Below are positions 40,069 through 53,969 of a stretch of DNA of 64,000 nt, piece after piece. The position numbers and the translations under genes are program-made. A model generated the notes under the pieces. The model did no database searches and had not been told where the DNA came from. It was given only the letters and a program-made list of their open reading frames with translations. How positions within the stretch are numbered: the stretch's first letter is position 1; each line of letters begins with the position of its first letter. The DNA is from Octopus sinensis (taxonomy: Eukaryota). The stretch covers positions 50,530,001-50,594,000 of the forward strand of contig NC_043014.1 in NCBI RefSeq assembly GCF_006345805.1. Direction: 5' to 3'.

Positions 40069-40536
40069 AATGCAATATTAATGCGGAAAAGTTGAGAAAA
40101 TAGAAAAAATCTTTGTCTCCAGCCAATCGAAGATCCCTCCATCCCCACTAACAGATCTAAATAACTAAAGGAAAGACCTATAGTCAGAAGATAAATTTTA
40201 ATACTATCATTTTCTTAACAATCAAATCAACCTCATTGTATATCTACCCTCTTCATAATGTTGGCAAACGAAATGGAAATAGGTATATGTATTGTCCGTT
40301 TGATGGAAGACTTCTATAAATGGCTGAAGATTGCTCAATATTTTAAAACTGATGTAATACTTACAATGCTTTATAAAATGAAGTAGCATGAAACGATCGT
40401 ACCAAATTACCGAAGATATACTTGTTGCCTATTTTGATTATAATCACTCCATGGATTTATATGGATAATACCATAGAAAATTCTGGTGCCTGTAACTTAA
40501 GTACCATATTCATTTGAATCTAAATTTTGCTGAACC

Positions 40537-40594
<58 letters not shown>

Positions 40595-40696
40595 ACCTTG
40601 ACTTGACAACCATTGTTGGTGTGTTTGTGTCCCCGTTACTTAACATTTCCGCAAAAGTGCCTATATAATAAGAACTAGGCTTACATATATATATAT

Positions 40697-40912
40697 ATAA
40701 AGTTAATTCAAACAAGAAAGCACAAAAAAAACACAACAACGCGAGGACGTGGAACAAATATAGTATTATTGGACGCTCAGGAAAGAAGGGATGAAGGAGG
40801 GTTTAACGTTTCGAGCTGAGCTCTTCGTCGGAAACATAAGAGAAGGAAAGATCCAGAGAAGGGAAGACAGAGGAAAAAAATCGCCTACGGTACACACGAG
40901 GTCGCATTTTGA
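40697..40912 (-). mobile_element. Short repeat family B with hammerhead-like motif at 40801-40835
   Basis: ~215 bp homologous to 59796-60007; minus-strand GTTT-CCGACGA-AGAGCTCAGCTC-GAAAC-GTT-AAAC. Confidence 0.7.
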
Positions 40913-42119
40913 GGTCGCATTGGAGGAGGGTCCGCGTTTATTACCAAGGAAGTGTCGAACAGGAATTGGGGCGTCAAAGCGAAATAACGCGTGGGTTTCA
41001 GTTCCGTCACATTCATTACCCTTTATGCGATGTTGGTCTCGCGCCCTTTTCTTCTTCCTTCATGAAATCGATCAACTGAACACGGCACAAATAGGAGAGT
41101 TAGTGAAATAGTATAATTAGGCTATCGATTTAAAGAACCATTGATGCCTAAGCTCCAGTATGGGCGTAGTCCAATGATTGGAAACTGGCAACAATATAAA
41201 CGAAAATAAATGAATAGAATAGAATGAGAAGTATTATAACAGCGACCAGAATAACGTAAACCAAAGCAACAATCTGAACTACAACAAGAACAGCAACAAC
41301 GACCACAAAACAACAACAACAACAGCAACAAATCTAACAACAAAAACATCAACTACAACCAATTGTCACGCACACATCTTTAGTCAGATAAATTAGAATG
41401 CAATTTCTGTCGGTGTTGTTGGAGAAAATGATGATGATGGCTGTTGTAGTGATGGTGATGGTGATGGTGAAAATTGATTATTTTTCTGTCAAAGAAGTTT
41501 ACGCATTTAAATTTAACTGCGTTCGTTTGAAACCTTCAAAAAAAAAATAATAATAAAATAAAATAAAATAATAGAAAAGAAAGGAGAGAAAGAATCGATG
41601 CAATTTGTGTCATGGCGTGTTTCAAGTTAGAGTAGATCATTATCTTTATCATTATCTCTAGCCGTGTCTATCATGATCATCGAATGCTCCACCCCCACAC
41701 GCCGCCTACCGTTGGCGTACAAGAGCAGCGTATAGTCTTTCGCTTGTCTGGTGGCTATGTCGAAAGAAGTTGTGCGTTGGATGCGGTCGTAAGCTTTGAA
41801 GATTCAACGAGTTTTCTAAAGACAATCCTTTTTGAAATCGAAAGGGAGATGCTGCCTTCCAGTAAAATTTCTGAATGATAAATGAGAGAGGCATCAATTG
41901 GCGTGGCTATAAGATCCATCAAACACGAACTATGCCGGCGTAGAATAGCGTCAGAGACCGGGAGGTTGCTGCTGGCATCACAAGAGTTTTTGAATATCCG
42001 TATGTAGTAGCCTCCCCCCTCATTTGTGGATCCTTCCGTGTTATATATTTCTTCTCGACTGTTATATTTTTTTCTTTGATATCTATATTTAATTATGTAA
42101 ATATATATTTAACCTTTGT

Positions 42120-42360
42120 GGAGGCGCTTGGCTTAGTGGTTAGGGTGTCAGCATCATGATCGTAGGATTGTGGTTTCGATTCCTGGACGGGGTGACGCGT
42201 TGTGTTCTTAAACAAAACACTTCATTTCACGTTGCTCCAGTTCACTCAGCTGGCAAAATTGAGTAACGCTGCGATGGACTGACGGCCCGTCCTGCTGGGG
42301 AACACGTACGCCATAGAAACCGGGCCTCTGAGCCTGGCTAGGCTTTAAAAGGGCGCATTT
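42120..42360 (+). mobile_element. SINE family 3
   Basis: Close copy of 18324-18572. Confidence 0.8.
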
Positions 42361-42370
42361 ATTTTATTAT

Positions 42371-42782
42371 ACTCTTTACTCTTTTACTCTTTTACTTGTT
42401 TCAGTCATTTGACAGTGGCCATACTGGAGCACCGCATTTAATCGAGCAACTCGAGCCCAGGACTTATTCTTTTGTAAGCCCAGTACTTATTCTATCGGTC
42501 TGTTTTGCCGAACCGCTAAGTAACGGGGACATAAACACACCAGCATCGTTTGTCAAGCAATGCTAGGGGGACAAACGCAGACACACAAACACACACACGC
42601 ATATATATATACATATATACGACGGGCTTCTTTCAGTTTCCGTCTATCAAATCCACTCACAAGGCTTTGGTCGGCCCGAGGCTATAGTAGAAGACACTTG
42701 CCCTAGGTGCCACGCAGCGAGACTGAACCCGGAACCATGTGGTTGGTAAACAAGCTACTTACCATACAGCCATTCCTGCGGC
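42371..42782 (-). mobile_element. SINE family 1, full length
   Basis: Reverse complement matches 6334-6752 end to end. Confidence 0.85.
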
Positions 42783-43279
42783 TTATATTTAATCTCTGTT
42801 GTTATTTTTAATTATATACTTTTGTGTTTGTTTTGCCTTTGTTCATCTCACCTGCCTGCAAAACTTACTGATTCCTGTTAGTTGCTTTATTTTTGTATCT
42901 TCTCTGGACATCATGGCTCCTCAGTCCAAAATTATTGTGGTGCATGGTATTGACTATCCTCTATCCGCAAACGTTACTACCTTGGTGTCGAAATAAAAGC
43001 TCATTGTCATCATTATTACTTTGGTAATACAATCCTAGTTTCTAATGCTCCATTCGGCGCATTTCCTTGTTCCTGAAGTGTGCTGAATACTGTGTTTTCT
43101 TATATCTGGGCTGAGTGGTGGAGTATGGGCACTTATTATGTAATATCAATATTCTCTTTTTCTTTCTGCCATGGAAGTTTAACTTCTTTCCTTCTTGTGT
43201 TATAATAGTATTTGCTCGGCCGTGTATTGTTTGTGTGTAATACGAGTTGTTATTATTTTATTGGGAATTCATTTTGAAG

Positions 43280-44090
43280 AGTGTTTCATGCATGAATTGC
43301 GCCCCTTTATTTGATTTCCTGCTTGATTGCGTATGATATGTTTTGTATGTGAAGTTCCTGTATTTCATTTGCGCTACTGAATCGGTTAATGTCTCACCAA
43401 GAATACAAACGCTTCTTAGTGTATTTTTTGTCCTGATATGGCCTCTGTGAATTTGCTGATAGATTTGTTGATGTATTATTAATGATACCATTTGTCCCTT
43501 CAAAGCCCTACATGATAAATATTCAATTTCAAGCACCAGCTATTGTGAAAGATCTTTTCACTTTTGAGGGTAATATTTTGGTGAGAAGGATGTTCCCATT
43601 TATTAGTGTGTATGCGTTTCTTTTGTTAGGCCGCGATTTTTACGTCCAGATAAATTTTCATTTCCCTCGTATCCCAGATGACTACGGCTATGATCAGGGT
43701 GTGGTTATGCATCATGTCGGTACATGTTTTCTCACCTTCATGTGTGTTGCAATGGCGAAGGATCGGTATACTTCCAAATAAACATAATTCCAAGTCAACT
43801 CGATCAAATCTGTTTAAGTATTCAGATTTGAAAAAAAGGACTTGACACGCAGAGATGATGTAAGGAGTTGCTTTATACGGGTGGCACATCGTACGTGTAC
43901 TGCTTGGGTGCCTTTTCAATATTTTGTTGCAATCTGGTATTGGTATTGTTCAACCAGAATCAATCCTACTTTTAGTACATTCTTGGTTTTGGCTATATTA
44001 TTGGCGACGAAATTTATTCGTTGTTTGTCACTTTGTGTCTTCAACCATCTCATGTTTTGTTCTTATCGCCTCTGCCTTCTACTTTAACTC
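43280..44090 (-). pseudogene. Probable degraded 3' part of an RLE-type (R4/NeSL-like) non-LTR retrotransposon
   Basis: Broken frames give TMC...YIISACQVL...YLNRFDRV, IWD...IYLDVKIAA, PSHQNITLKSEK and LEIE, resembling the zinc-knuckle and PD-(D/E)xK region; heavily eroded. Confidence 0.4.
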
Positions 44091-44112
44091 TTCCTTGTGC
44101 ATAAAGTGAAAA

Positions 44113-44275
44113 TATGTTGTCAACTTAATGTGACAGTCCCATGAAAGAGAATAACGCTACTCTTATTTATGACACAGGTAATGTGTTAAGTCCAACAGGA
44201 AACGGTGTTTCCTAGGGCTAAATAACAGTAGCATTCTTCCCTTTCATGGGACTGTCACATTAAGTTGACAACATA
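44113..44275. mobile_element. MITE-like foldback with 35-bp perfect TIRs
   Basis: TATGTTGTCAACTTAATGTGACAGTCCCATGAAAG (44113-44147) and its exact reverse complement (44241-44275); imperfect pairing continues ~20 bp inward. Confidence 0.8.
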
Positions 44276-46204
44276 CTATAACTTTATCGCGCTGCTACTG
44301 CATAAATCTCTCTGAGAGATTTAGAAACGTATTATTTCTCTTCCCTCTAGAGTATTACATTTCCCAGCCTTTCATGCTTTGTTTCCAAGTATTTCTCTAA
44401 TCCTACTCTTGTTATTTTATAATAGTTTTCTATTTTTATAAGGTCACATACACTTGGGTGGACGGTAGGTATATTCGGTTTATAAATGCTACTCCTTTCG
44501 CCTCCAGTGTAATATATTTAAACAGCAATTATAAATGGCATGGTTAGTGTATTTGTAACTATTATCTCCGAGGGCGCATGGCCTAAGTGTTAGGGCATTG
44601 CACATACGAACGGGAAATAGTGGTTTTAATTCTTGGGCCGGGTGTTACGTTGTGTTCTTGAGCAAAACACTTCATCTCATGTTGCTTAGCGATAATGTTG
44701 ACACCTGAAGCGTGTCAGACGATGCACATGATCATGCAACGTCGATTTGAGGGAAGTGTGAGTTAATGTGCCAGTATATATATTTAATCACTACAGACAC
44801 TGTTTTTCTGCAGATTATTCCGCAAGAAATTACAGAACCGTCGTTCTTGGACTACGAGACTCTCCTATCGCACGTCTATTATCTTCTTTCGATCAATGAG
44901 TTCAGTTATTAATATTAGTATAACTCTTATGCAGAATGCTTTACTAATCTTCTTTTTCATTTCTATACATTGTATTGCCATTGTGAATATCTACTATGTG
45001 TTTTTTCTCCATCTATTCTTAGAACTTTCATATCCCTGTATCAAATGCTATAATCACAGCGCTGGTTAATTTGACTTTTCTTAATGTCACTCTGTCGCAT
45101 TTATCTGACCGTATACTTATCTTTATATCATTGCCGATAAATTCTCTATGGAATCTCTGTCTGCTCATATAATTCCTGTAAGATATCAGTTTGCAACAGA
45201 GTAAATGGTATAATAACTTCATCCACCTCGGTATTCTCGCCAGGTTACCAATATCATGGCCGCTCTCTCTTTATTTCGATCCAATAAATACAGACGAAAA
45301 ATCATGCAGTAGATATTTAAATTGGCAATAGCGTGAATTGAGAAACAAATGAAATGAACGTATACATGCAATTAATTATCTAAGGTAAAGACAAAAAACC
45401 ATCAAAGGTTTTTACATTTTAAAAAGACCATGCGAAAGAAAGCGATAACGTCATTGAGATCAGTGGATCAAATAAGTTATAACAATCAATATAAAAACAT
45501 GGCAGTCGTCAGCATATGTGGAGCCTGATTTCTCACAACGATCAAGAACAGAACAAAGAACAACAACAATAATAATAGTTTCTTTTTTTTTAATGAGCGC
45601 AGGACCATAAATTTAGTTTGAGAAGCAGAACAATCGATGAAATTAATTCACATCTTTGGTTGGTGTTTTTATTTTATCGATCACGGAAGGATAAAAAGGA
45701 AATTTGATCCCAATGGTATTTGAACCCAGAACTTAAAGAACCGGAACAATTCCGACAAAGCGCTTTGTTGCTGATACTCTAGCGCTGTTGCCAATCTGAA
45801 ACAATACACCTGAAATCAATAATCTTTGTTCTTTAGTCTTTATTCTTATTTTATTCCTACTCCTGACCAAATAAATTTCAACAATCTGTAAAAACATTTT
45901 TGGCAAACGTACCAAAATATTTCGTTTGTGAGAAATTATAGCAAAAGTCGATATTTGGATATTGTTTTGGCAAGGTGATAGCTAATTCCAGAAGATATAT
46001 GGCAATGGTATCTGCTGGAAACTATTTGTGATGAATATTAATCAGTCAAGCATGAACGCAACTGTGTTTGTAGAATCTTAGGTTATTCTGAGAATATTCG
46101 TTTATTTTCGATTCCTTGCTAAAATTTAAACAGAAGAAGAATGATGGGATGACAAAAGTAATTTAGAATATATATATATATATGTATATATCTATATATG
46201 TATG

Positions 46205-46238
<34 letters not shown>

Positions 46239-46303
46239 GTGTGTGTGTGTATGTATGTATATATATATGTATATATATATATGTATATATATATATGCAT
46301 GTA

Positions 46304-46363
<60 letters not shown>

Positions 46364-46599
46364 CATACATACATGATTTAATGCGAGCCACAGTAAGTTT
46401 TATACCTTTGATAATACAATAGTCGGGTGAGCATGTATAACGTACCACGTATTATCAGGCAATCACTGAGGCTTAAGGATCACACAGTTACTCTCTGACA
46501 AAATGTGATAAAAACTAAAAGGAGAAATAAAGAGGAAATTAAAAGCGAACGAAAAAAAAGGAGCATAGAGGGATGATATATAAGAATTCTGTACGTTTG

Positions 46600-47330
46600 A
46601 CCCGTTTGAATAGTTAATTTGACAGGGAAAGATGAAAGTTTGTGAAATTGCATGCTCAATTCGGAGATGGCAGTGTTTTCCAGTTAGATAAGAGAAACTC
46701 GCTTATATGTTTATATTTAATGAAAATGTCGTCTCTAGAATTTCAGTAGATCTTATCCTTCAAAGAGTAAGCCATTTTAGGCGTAGTCCATTTTATGATA
46801 GGGGCGTAAGCTATCGACTCTTTTAAACCACTGTTATTCTTAACGTTATTATAGTAGGGAAGCTACTTTATCAAATATTTCGTTAAAGGATGAGCGATTA
46901 GATATCTTTTTGCTGATATTGGCTACAGGATGTTTTAGAAACTATAACGGATGGAGGGTGATATGACTGTTTATGTGTATATGTGAATTCTTTGTGAGGT
47001 TTATGGTAGAGCTCGGAAGAGCACAAGTTTAGGTCGAGAGAAGAATCTGCGAAATCGACATTAGAGGAGTTAAGGGTCACCGTGATTTACTAGGCTATTT
47101 ACTCATCAAGCGCATGTCCATCATAGCTAAGAGATTAGTCAAATCCACCGTCATGATATTAATCAATTGGAGTGGAGCTTAGGTCCTAGTATATTTACTA
47201 CAAAGAGAGCTATTGGCTCACAAATATCCTCAGTGTCAAGCGATCCTTTCGACACATGAGATAAGTCATCTCGTTCGCTGAAGCCGTACAGAATAGAAGC
47301 TTTATAAAATCAATTTCCGTATGGACAACC
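46600..47330 (-). pseudogene. Penelope-like reverse transcriptase remnant
   Basis: GSLDTEDICEPIALF (cf. GSYDGAEVCELVGL), YHDGG (cf. YRDDG) at ~47144-47158, VDFAD...YHKPH...YTHKQSYHPPS; multiple stops and frameshifts. Confidence 0.6.
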
Positions 47331-47504
47331 TGGACTTTTCATGGAGAGCTCAGTTGGCTTATCGAGTAAGGATCTTCGTATCGAAGGATAAAAATCTATT
47401 ATATTAAATTGTTCTATACTTATCTTAAATATTGTTAAACCATTCTAAAATAATGCTGATATATATCCATTACAGTAGTTTACATATTTTCCTGATACTG
47501 TTAT

Positions 47505-48240
47505 TCATTTCTACTCTAGGCACAAGACCCGAAATTTGGGGGAGGGTGCCAGTCGATTAGATTGATTCCAGTATGCAACAAGGCCCAAAAGGATGAAAGT
47601 CAACCTCGGTGGAATTTGAAATCAGAACGTAAAGACAGACGAAATAATGCTAAGCATTTCGCCCGGTGTACTAAAGTTTCTGCCAGCTCGCCGCCTTAAA
47701 GAATCTTTTCTACTCAAGGCACAACGCCCGAAATTTTTGGGGAAGGGCCCAGTCAAGTAGATCCTGCCTCGGCGGAATTTGAACTCAAAACGTAACGACA
47801 GACGAAATACCTATTTCTTTATTGCCCACAAGGGGCTAAACACAGAGGACAAACAAGGACAGAGAAACGGATTAAGTCGATTATATCGACCCCAGTGCTT
47901 AACTGGTTCTTATTTAATCGACCCCGAAAGGATGAAAGGCAAAATTGACCTCGGCGGAATTTGAACTCAGAACATAAAAGACAGACGAAATACCGCTAAG
48001 TATTTCGCCCGGAGTGCTAATGATTCTGCTAGCTCGCCGCCTTCTTCTGATTCTGTTATTAATGTCTTAGTATCACATGGCGACAAGCTAGCAGATTCGT
48101 TAGCACGGTGGGCAGACTACTTAGCGGCATTTCGTCCATTTTTACATTCCTTCGGCTGTCATAAAATAGCACCAATTGAGCAATGAGGTCGATGTAATTG
48201 ACTTCGTCCCGCCCCCGAAATTACTGGCCAAGTACCAAAA
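47505..48240. mobile_element. Cluster of SINE family 2 copies (minus-strand copies to 48044, plus-strand copy ~48078-48240)
   Basis: Repeated cctcggcggaatttgaactc, gaccccgaaaggatgaaaggc and the gacgaaatacctatttcttt junction. Confidence 0.75.
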
Positions 48241-48934
48241 TGTTTGGATATATTTTGTTTACTAAATCTATTTGAGCTCTAGTTGGATTTAATGTGTTAA
48301 AGCCAGGTTTATCATTAAAATTAAATTTGTGAAGTAGTGTAGAATATTTGTGAATAATTTCGCTTTATGTATGGCAGAAAATTAATTGAAAGTAGCTCGA
48401 TAGTTGACTGCAGTTATGGTTTTATACGTCCGTGAATTCTTTTGTGCAACTTCCGTGTCCATAAAAGAATTAAAGATAATCAATACTCCTGTAAATAGAT
48501 TGATTTATTGATCAGAGATTGTTCCAAGATGACACCCGAAAATTGCAATCTGTCACCACGACAAACTGCGAAAATCTAGAGATTATTCAGCGTTTCGAGC
48601 TTTAAAGCAAAAAACACAATCAGAAGCTTAGGATTTGTCAATAAAATTGCATGGCCAAAGAAACCTCAGCATGTTTCCTGAGATTGTAAAACATTCGATA
48701 GTAAAGCGAGTTTTTACCCCTTTCTGTCAGCATGCCTCATGGGAATCTCTCCCCTTCTCTGCCGAGATATGACTTGGGGGATATTTGTGTAACTCACGAC
48801 CTGCCTATATAATAATCGAAAGGAACGATAGATAGAGAAATGGCACCAGTGCCACCTCAGGCGTTGCCCTCAGAATAAATAAAGTGGGATACAACGGTAG
48901 TAACATCTGCAAGGATAAAAAAGAATAAGGAAGC

Positions 48935-49001
<67 letters not shown>

Positions 49002-49157
49002 GGCGATGATGATGATGATGATGATGATGATTATGATGACGATTATGATGATGATGATGATGATGACGATTATGATGATGATGATGATGATGATGACGAT
49101 GATGATGATGATGATTATGATGACGACGATGATGATGATGATGATGATTATGATGAC

Positions 49158-49208
<51 letters not shown>

Positions 49209-49361
49209 GGCGATGATGATGATGATGATGATGATGATTATGATGACGATTATGATGATGATGATGATGATGACGATTATGATGATGATGATGATGATGA
49301 CGATGATGATGATGATGATTATGATGACGACGATGATGATGATGATGATGATTATGATGAC

Positions 49362-49398
<37 letters not shown>

Positions 49399-50290
49399 AT
49401 GATGATGGTGATGATGATGATGATGATGATAATAACAAAAAGGTAGAAAAATAGTAGAATTATGAGATAGGTGAAGAAAGGTAAGAATGATAAAACCGAA
49501 GAGGAAGATAAAGGTGAAAGAAAAGAAAAAGACGAACGTATCAATGACGACGACAACGACGACGGCGAAGAAGAGAAAGAAGAAGAAGAAGAAGAAGAAG
49601 AAGAAGAAAAAAAAAGAAGAAGAAGAAGAAGAAAAGGAAGTGGATGAAGAAGAAGAAGAAAAGATGAGAAAAAAAGGGAAGGGGAACAAAAAGAGGTAGA
49701 AGGGGAAAATAAAAGGAGAAAAAGAAGGAGAATAGAAGAGAAATAAGGCGAAGAAGGATAGAGAAAGAAGAGGAAAGGGAAGAAGCGGAATTGAAAAGAA
49801 AGAAGAGAAAGAAGAAGAAAAACAGAAGAAAGAAGTAAAATAAGACAAAGAAGAAGAAAAAGAAGACGAAAACAGGAAAAAAAGAAGCAGGGAAAAAGGG
49901 GAAATAAAAGAAGAAAAGAAGAAAAGAAAGAGAAAGAAGAGGAAGAAGGAAAGAAAACGAAAAAGAGGAAAAAGAAGGGAAAACGGAGAAATAAAAGAAA
50001 AGGAAGATAAAGAAGAAGAAGAAGAAGAAGAAGAAGAAGAAGAAGAAGAAGAAGACAAAGAAGACGATGAACAGGAAAAAGAAGTCAAAAAGAAGAGAAA
50101 GAAGACGAAGAAGAAAAAGAAGAAAAAAGAAGAAAAAGAAGAAAAAGAAGGCGAAGAAGAGAAGAAGAATCAAAGAGAATAGAAAACGCTGAAGACACTC
50201 AAGAAAAAAAGATGCCATGAAAATTCTAAAGAAAATGAAAGAAATGGAAGAGGAGGAGGTGGAGGAGGATGAAGAGGAGCAATAGTTGCA
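48935..50290. repeat. (GAT)n tract followed by a long GAA/purine-rich low-complexity tract
   Basis: Directly visible; source of poly-H/M/I and F/S-rich ORFs. Confidence 0.9.
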
Positions 50291-50463
50291 GGTGTTTTCT
50301 TAACTTAAAACGTTCTCCTTATCTTGAATGTTTTGGTGCTTAGCTTCGGGTCAGACATGATGAAGCACGTGATATATATATAAGTGTGTCTTTGAGAGTG
50401 GGTGTGTGTGTATGTATGTATATATGTATGTATACATATATATATATATATATAATATATATC

Positions 50464-50522
<59 letters not shown>

Positions 50523-51109
50523 CTCACTCTCAGAGACACATACATACACATATATATACATATCCATATATATATATATATGAAAAAATGTTTCACCTGT
50601 GCCTGTAATGATAACCGGGTAATTTCTTAACCAGCAATGTTATGGTTAATTGTAGTTGCTGCTCATGTTATTTACCCGCAAGGCAGCCCTGGTCGCACAG
50701 AATTATTAAGGAAGGCGTTCCACCCGTGAAAATTCTGTATTATTTTTTTATTTTTTTATTTTGTACCTTCGAGAAGATACTCGACTCTCATTTGAGATAT
50801 GCTCTCACCATTGACTATTTGATTTTTAGTCAATCTTCGTATGCAACAAACATATCAGTATGAATGTTATTTGGAGCCAAACTGTTTCTCTGCAGAACCT
50901 CGATAACCCCACGATGCCACTTTCGTCGATTTTCAAGAGAAGTCGCTACTAGTGACTTTTGAAGTCTTCTTTGAACGGTCAAATATCAGTTTAACTGGAA
51001 AGAAACAACACACTCTTTAATAAGAAGGGTTTCAAAATTTTACAGCTCTAGCACAACTCCTTCGTCACCCTATGAATTTTTCCGCCCTTCCTCGGAGAAT
51101 AAAATTATT

Positions 51110-51727
51110 CTTTTCTACTCTAGGCACATGGCCCGAAATTTCGGCTGAGGAGACCAGTCGATTAGATCGATCCCAATACTCAACTGATAGTTAATTTACT
51201 GACGCCGAAGTGATAAACGGCAAAGTCAACCTCGCCGGGATTTGAACTCAGAACGTAAAGACATACGAAATACCTATTTCTTTACTGCCCACAAGGGGCT
51301 AAACACAGAGAGGACAAACAAGGACAGACAAACGGATTAAGTCGATTATATTGACCACAGTGCGTAACTGGTACTTATTTAATCGACCCCGAAAGGATGA
51401 AAGGTAAAGTCGACCTCAGCGGAATTCGAACTCAGAACGTAGCGGCAGTCGAAATACCGCTAAGCATTTCGCCCGCCGCGCCAGACGAAATACCTATTTA
51501 TTTACTACCCATAAGGGGCTAAACACAGAGAGGACAAACATGGACAGACAAACGGATTAAGTCGATTATATCGACCCCAGTGCGTAACTGGTACTTATTT
51601 AATCAACCCCGAAAGGACGAAAGGTAAAATCGACCTCGGCGCAATTTGAACTCAGAATGTAGCGGCGGACGAAATACCGCTAAGCATTTCGCCCGGCGTA
51701 CTAACGTTTCTACCAGCTCGCTGCCTT
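51110..51727 (-). mobile_element. SINE family 2 with tandemly repeated body units
   Basis: Three core passes joined by gacgaaatacctattt(c/a)tttact junctions; head gagctgg at ~51720. Confidence 0.8.
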
Positions 51728-52779
51728 CGTAGATTAAAATTATTGAATTGATCCTTACTCTTTTGACAATATGGTGTGACTTAAGCGTGAGCTGCCTGCT
51801 ATTTCTAGCAAGTTAAACGACGTTTAAACAGCTTCCCTCGACTGGCTTGTTAACTTCTAGCTTTATGATTCGGTAGCGAGTAACTACATCAGTACAATAC
51901 TCCTTAAAAGCCCATTAAATCGGCGATCTCCCCAGGTGCCGACTTTAATCTCTATATTGAAACAAGTATATAGATATATAACTCCTATATTAGCATATAA
52001 ATGTTGTAGTTGTTAATGTTTTTTTGTCTCTACTTTTAAGATTTTATTTGAGCTTTCCAATCAGTCAAGCAATACAAGGTATTAATGACAAAATCAAATA
52101 AAAACGCGCCTTTGATCTCGGCAATCACAGGTCTTTTGGAATTTACGTTCCTAGCGAAGTGGATAAGGAAATAAAATATATATGTATATATATATATAAA
52201 AAAAAAATACAAACGACAAAAAGGCAGTAAAATGAAAGTTACAAAAATTTAGTTTTAAATTTGAAACAGAACAAGCTCTAATTATTGAGCATTTATTTCA
52301 TCTCAGATCTCGTCCGTGACAGAGGAGCAAATATGTGTGCGAAAGTCGGTCACGCGTCAACACCCAATAATATTAGTCGTAGCCTAACGCTATCAATACA
52401 AGTCCTTGTCGAAAGGGAGAGAAAGAGAGATATTTTACCTTAAAGAGATTTTCGTCATCCTTGTTACTATATTCGCTTTACCCTTATATATTTTATTCAA
52501 CTTTCTCTCACTCTTACTTCCTGTTTCTGTTGTACCTGTATTTCAAGGGGCCGGCCTTGTCACTCTCTGTGTCACGCTGAATATCCCCGAGAACTACGTT
52601 AAGGGTGCACGTGTCTGTGGAGTGCTCAGCCACTTACACGTTAATTTCACGAGCAGGCTGTTCCGTTGATTCGGATCAACCGGAACCCTCATCGTCGTAA
52701 CCGACGGAGTGCTTCCATCCATATATTTTATTGCACCAGTGTTGTATTGTGGTTCTCTTTCTCCTTTCTTGTTTACACC

Positions 52780-53215
52780 TCTCTCTCTATCCGCTCAGTC
52801 GAAGTCGACTCTCGGTCACTCGTTGGATCAGTGTCCTCCTCCTCCAGTCAGTTCTATCCTGGGCCGCTTCCTTCAGACTGGCCATGTCCATTCCGGTATC
52901 ACTCCTGATGGTGTCAAGCCAGCGGGTTCTTGGTCGGCCTCTTCCTTTCTTGCCACTGACCATTCCGAGCATGATGTCCTTCTCCAGGGATTTTCTCCGC
53001 ATAATATGACCGAAATATGCCAATCTACGATTGGTGATCCCAGCTTCTAGCGACAGTTTCTGCTTGATCTGGTTAAGAACGTCTGCATTGGTGAGCCTCG
53101 CTGTCCATGGAATCCATAAAAGTCTTCTCCAACACCAAAGCTCGAATGCATTAGTTCTCTTCTGGTCAGCTTTCTTTAGTGTCCAGGTCTCGCATCCATA
53201 TGTTGCTATTACACC
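52780..53215 (-). mobile_element. 5'-truncated RTE (BovB-like) LINE, ORF C-terminus with (AG)n tail
   Basis: Stop-free frame FGVIATYGCETWTLKKADQKRTNAFELWCWRRLLWIPWTARLTNADVL...LAYFGHIMRRKSLEKDIMLGMVSGKKGRGRPRTRWLD...* ending at 52787. Confidence 0.9.
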
Positions 53216-53969
53216 AAACAGTTATTTATACTTCCATCAGCATCATTTAAACATGCCTTCCCTTTTTACATCAAACTCAAGCCTGCACTTACCCCCTTAA
53301 TTACTCACACTCAAAACATACACTTGGCTATTAAGCACAAACATACATGCAAGCACATAGTCACATCCAAAGGCGCACACATAAGATGCCTCGAGTCAGT
53401 AACCCCATGCAACTGTAATTTAATTATAGCAAGCATATGCACGTGAAGGAACGTGGCCTAGGGGTTACGCTTTTGAACTCACGATTGGGCGCCGCGTTGG
53501 GTTCTTGAGCAAAACACATCATCTCACGTTGCCCCAGTCGCCTTCTCAATCTGAGCAGGAATGCTGGCCTGCTGCATGGCTAGCGGTGTGGAGTCATTTG
53601 GAGGCTTAAGCAATACAAAGCGCATTGTGACCAGCGATGTGTAACAACATCTGATGGTGCGGTGATCACGTTACATGTGAGACAACCTCATTCACGTAAG
53701 CACAGTACACGACCTTATGCCTGTCTCAAAACACGGATACACGCACATACACACACACACACACCAATAAGATTATAACACGTATGACACAATCACATTC
53801 CCACGAGGCCCGCTCAATCCTCGCCGACCATTTTCCCTTCTCAAATGCTTTTACTCTTCCACGCTCCTCATTTCCTTTCGTTTCTGATACTTCTACTTGG
53901 AAAAGACCTGAGGGAAAAAGAAATAGATTACATCACGAACTTTAAATGTAAACCTAGTCTTTTTTAGAA

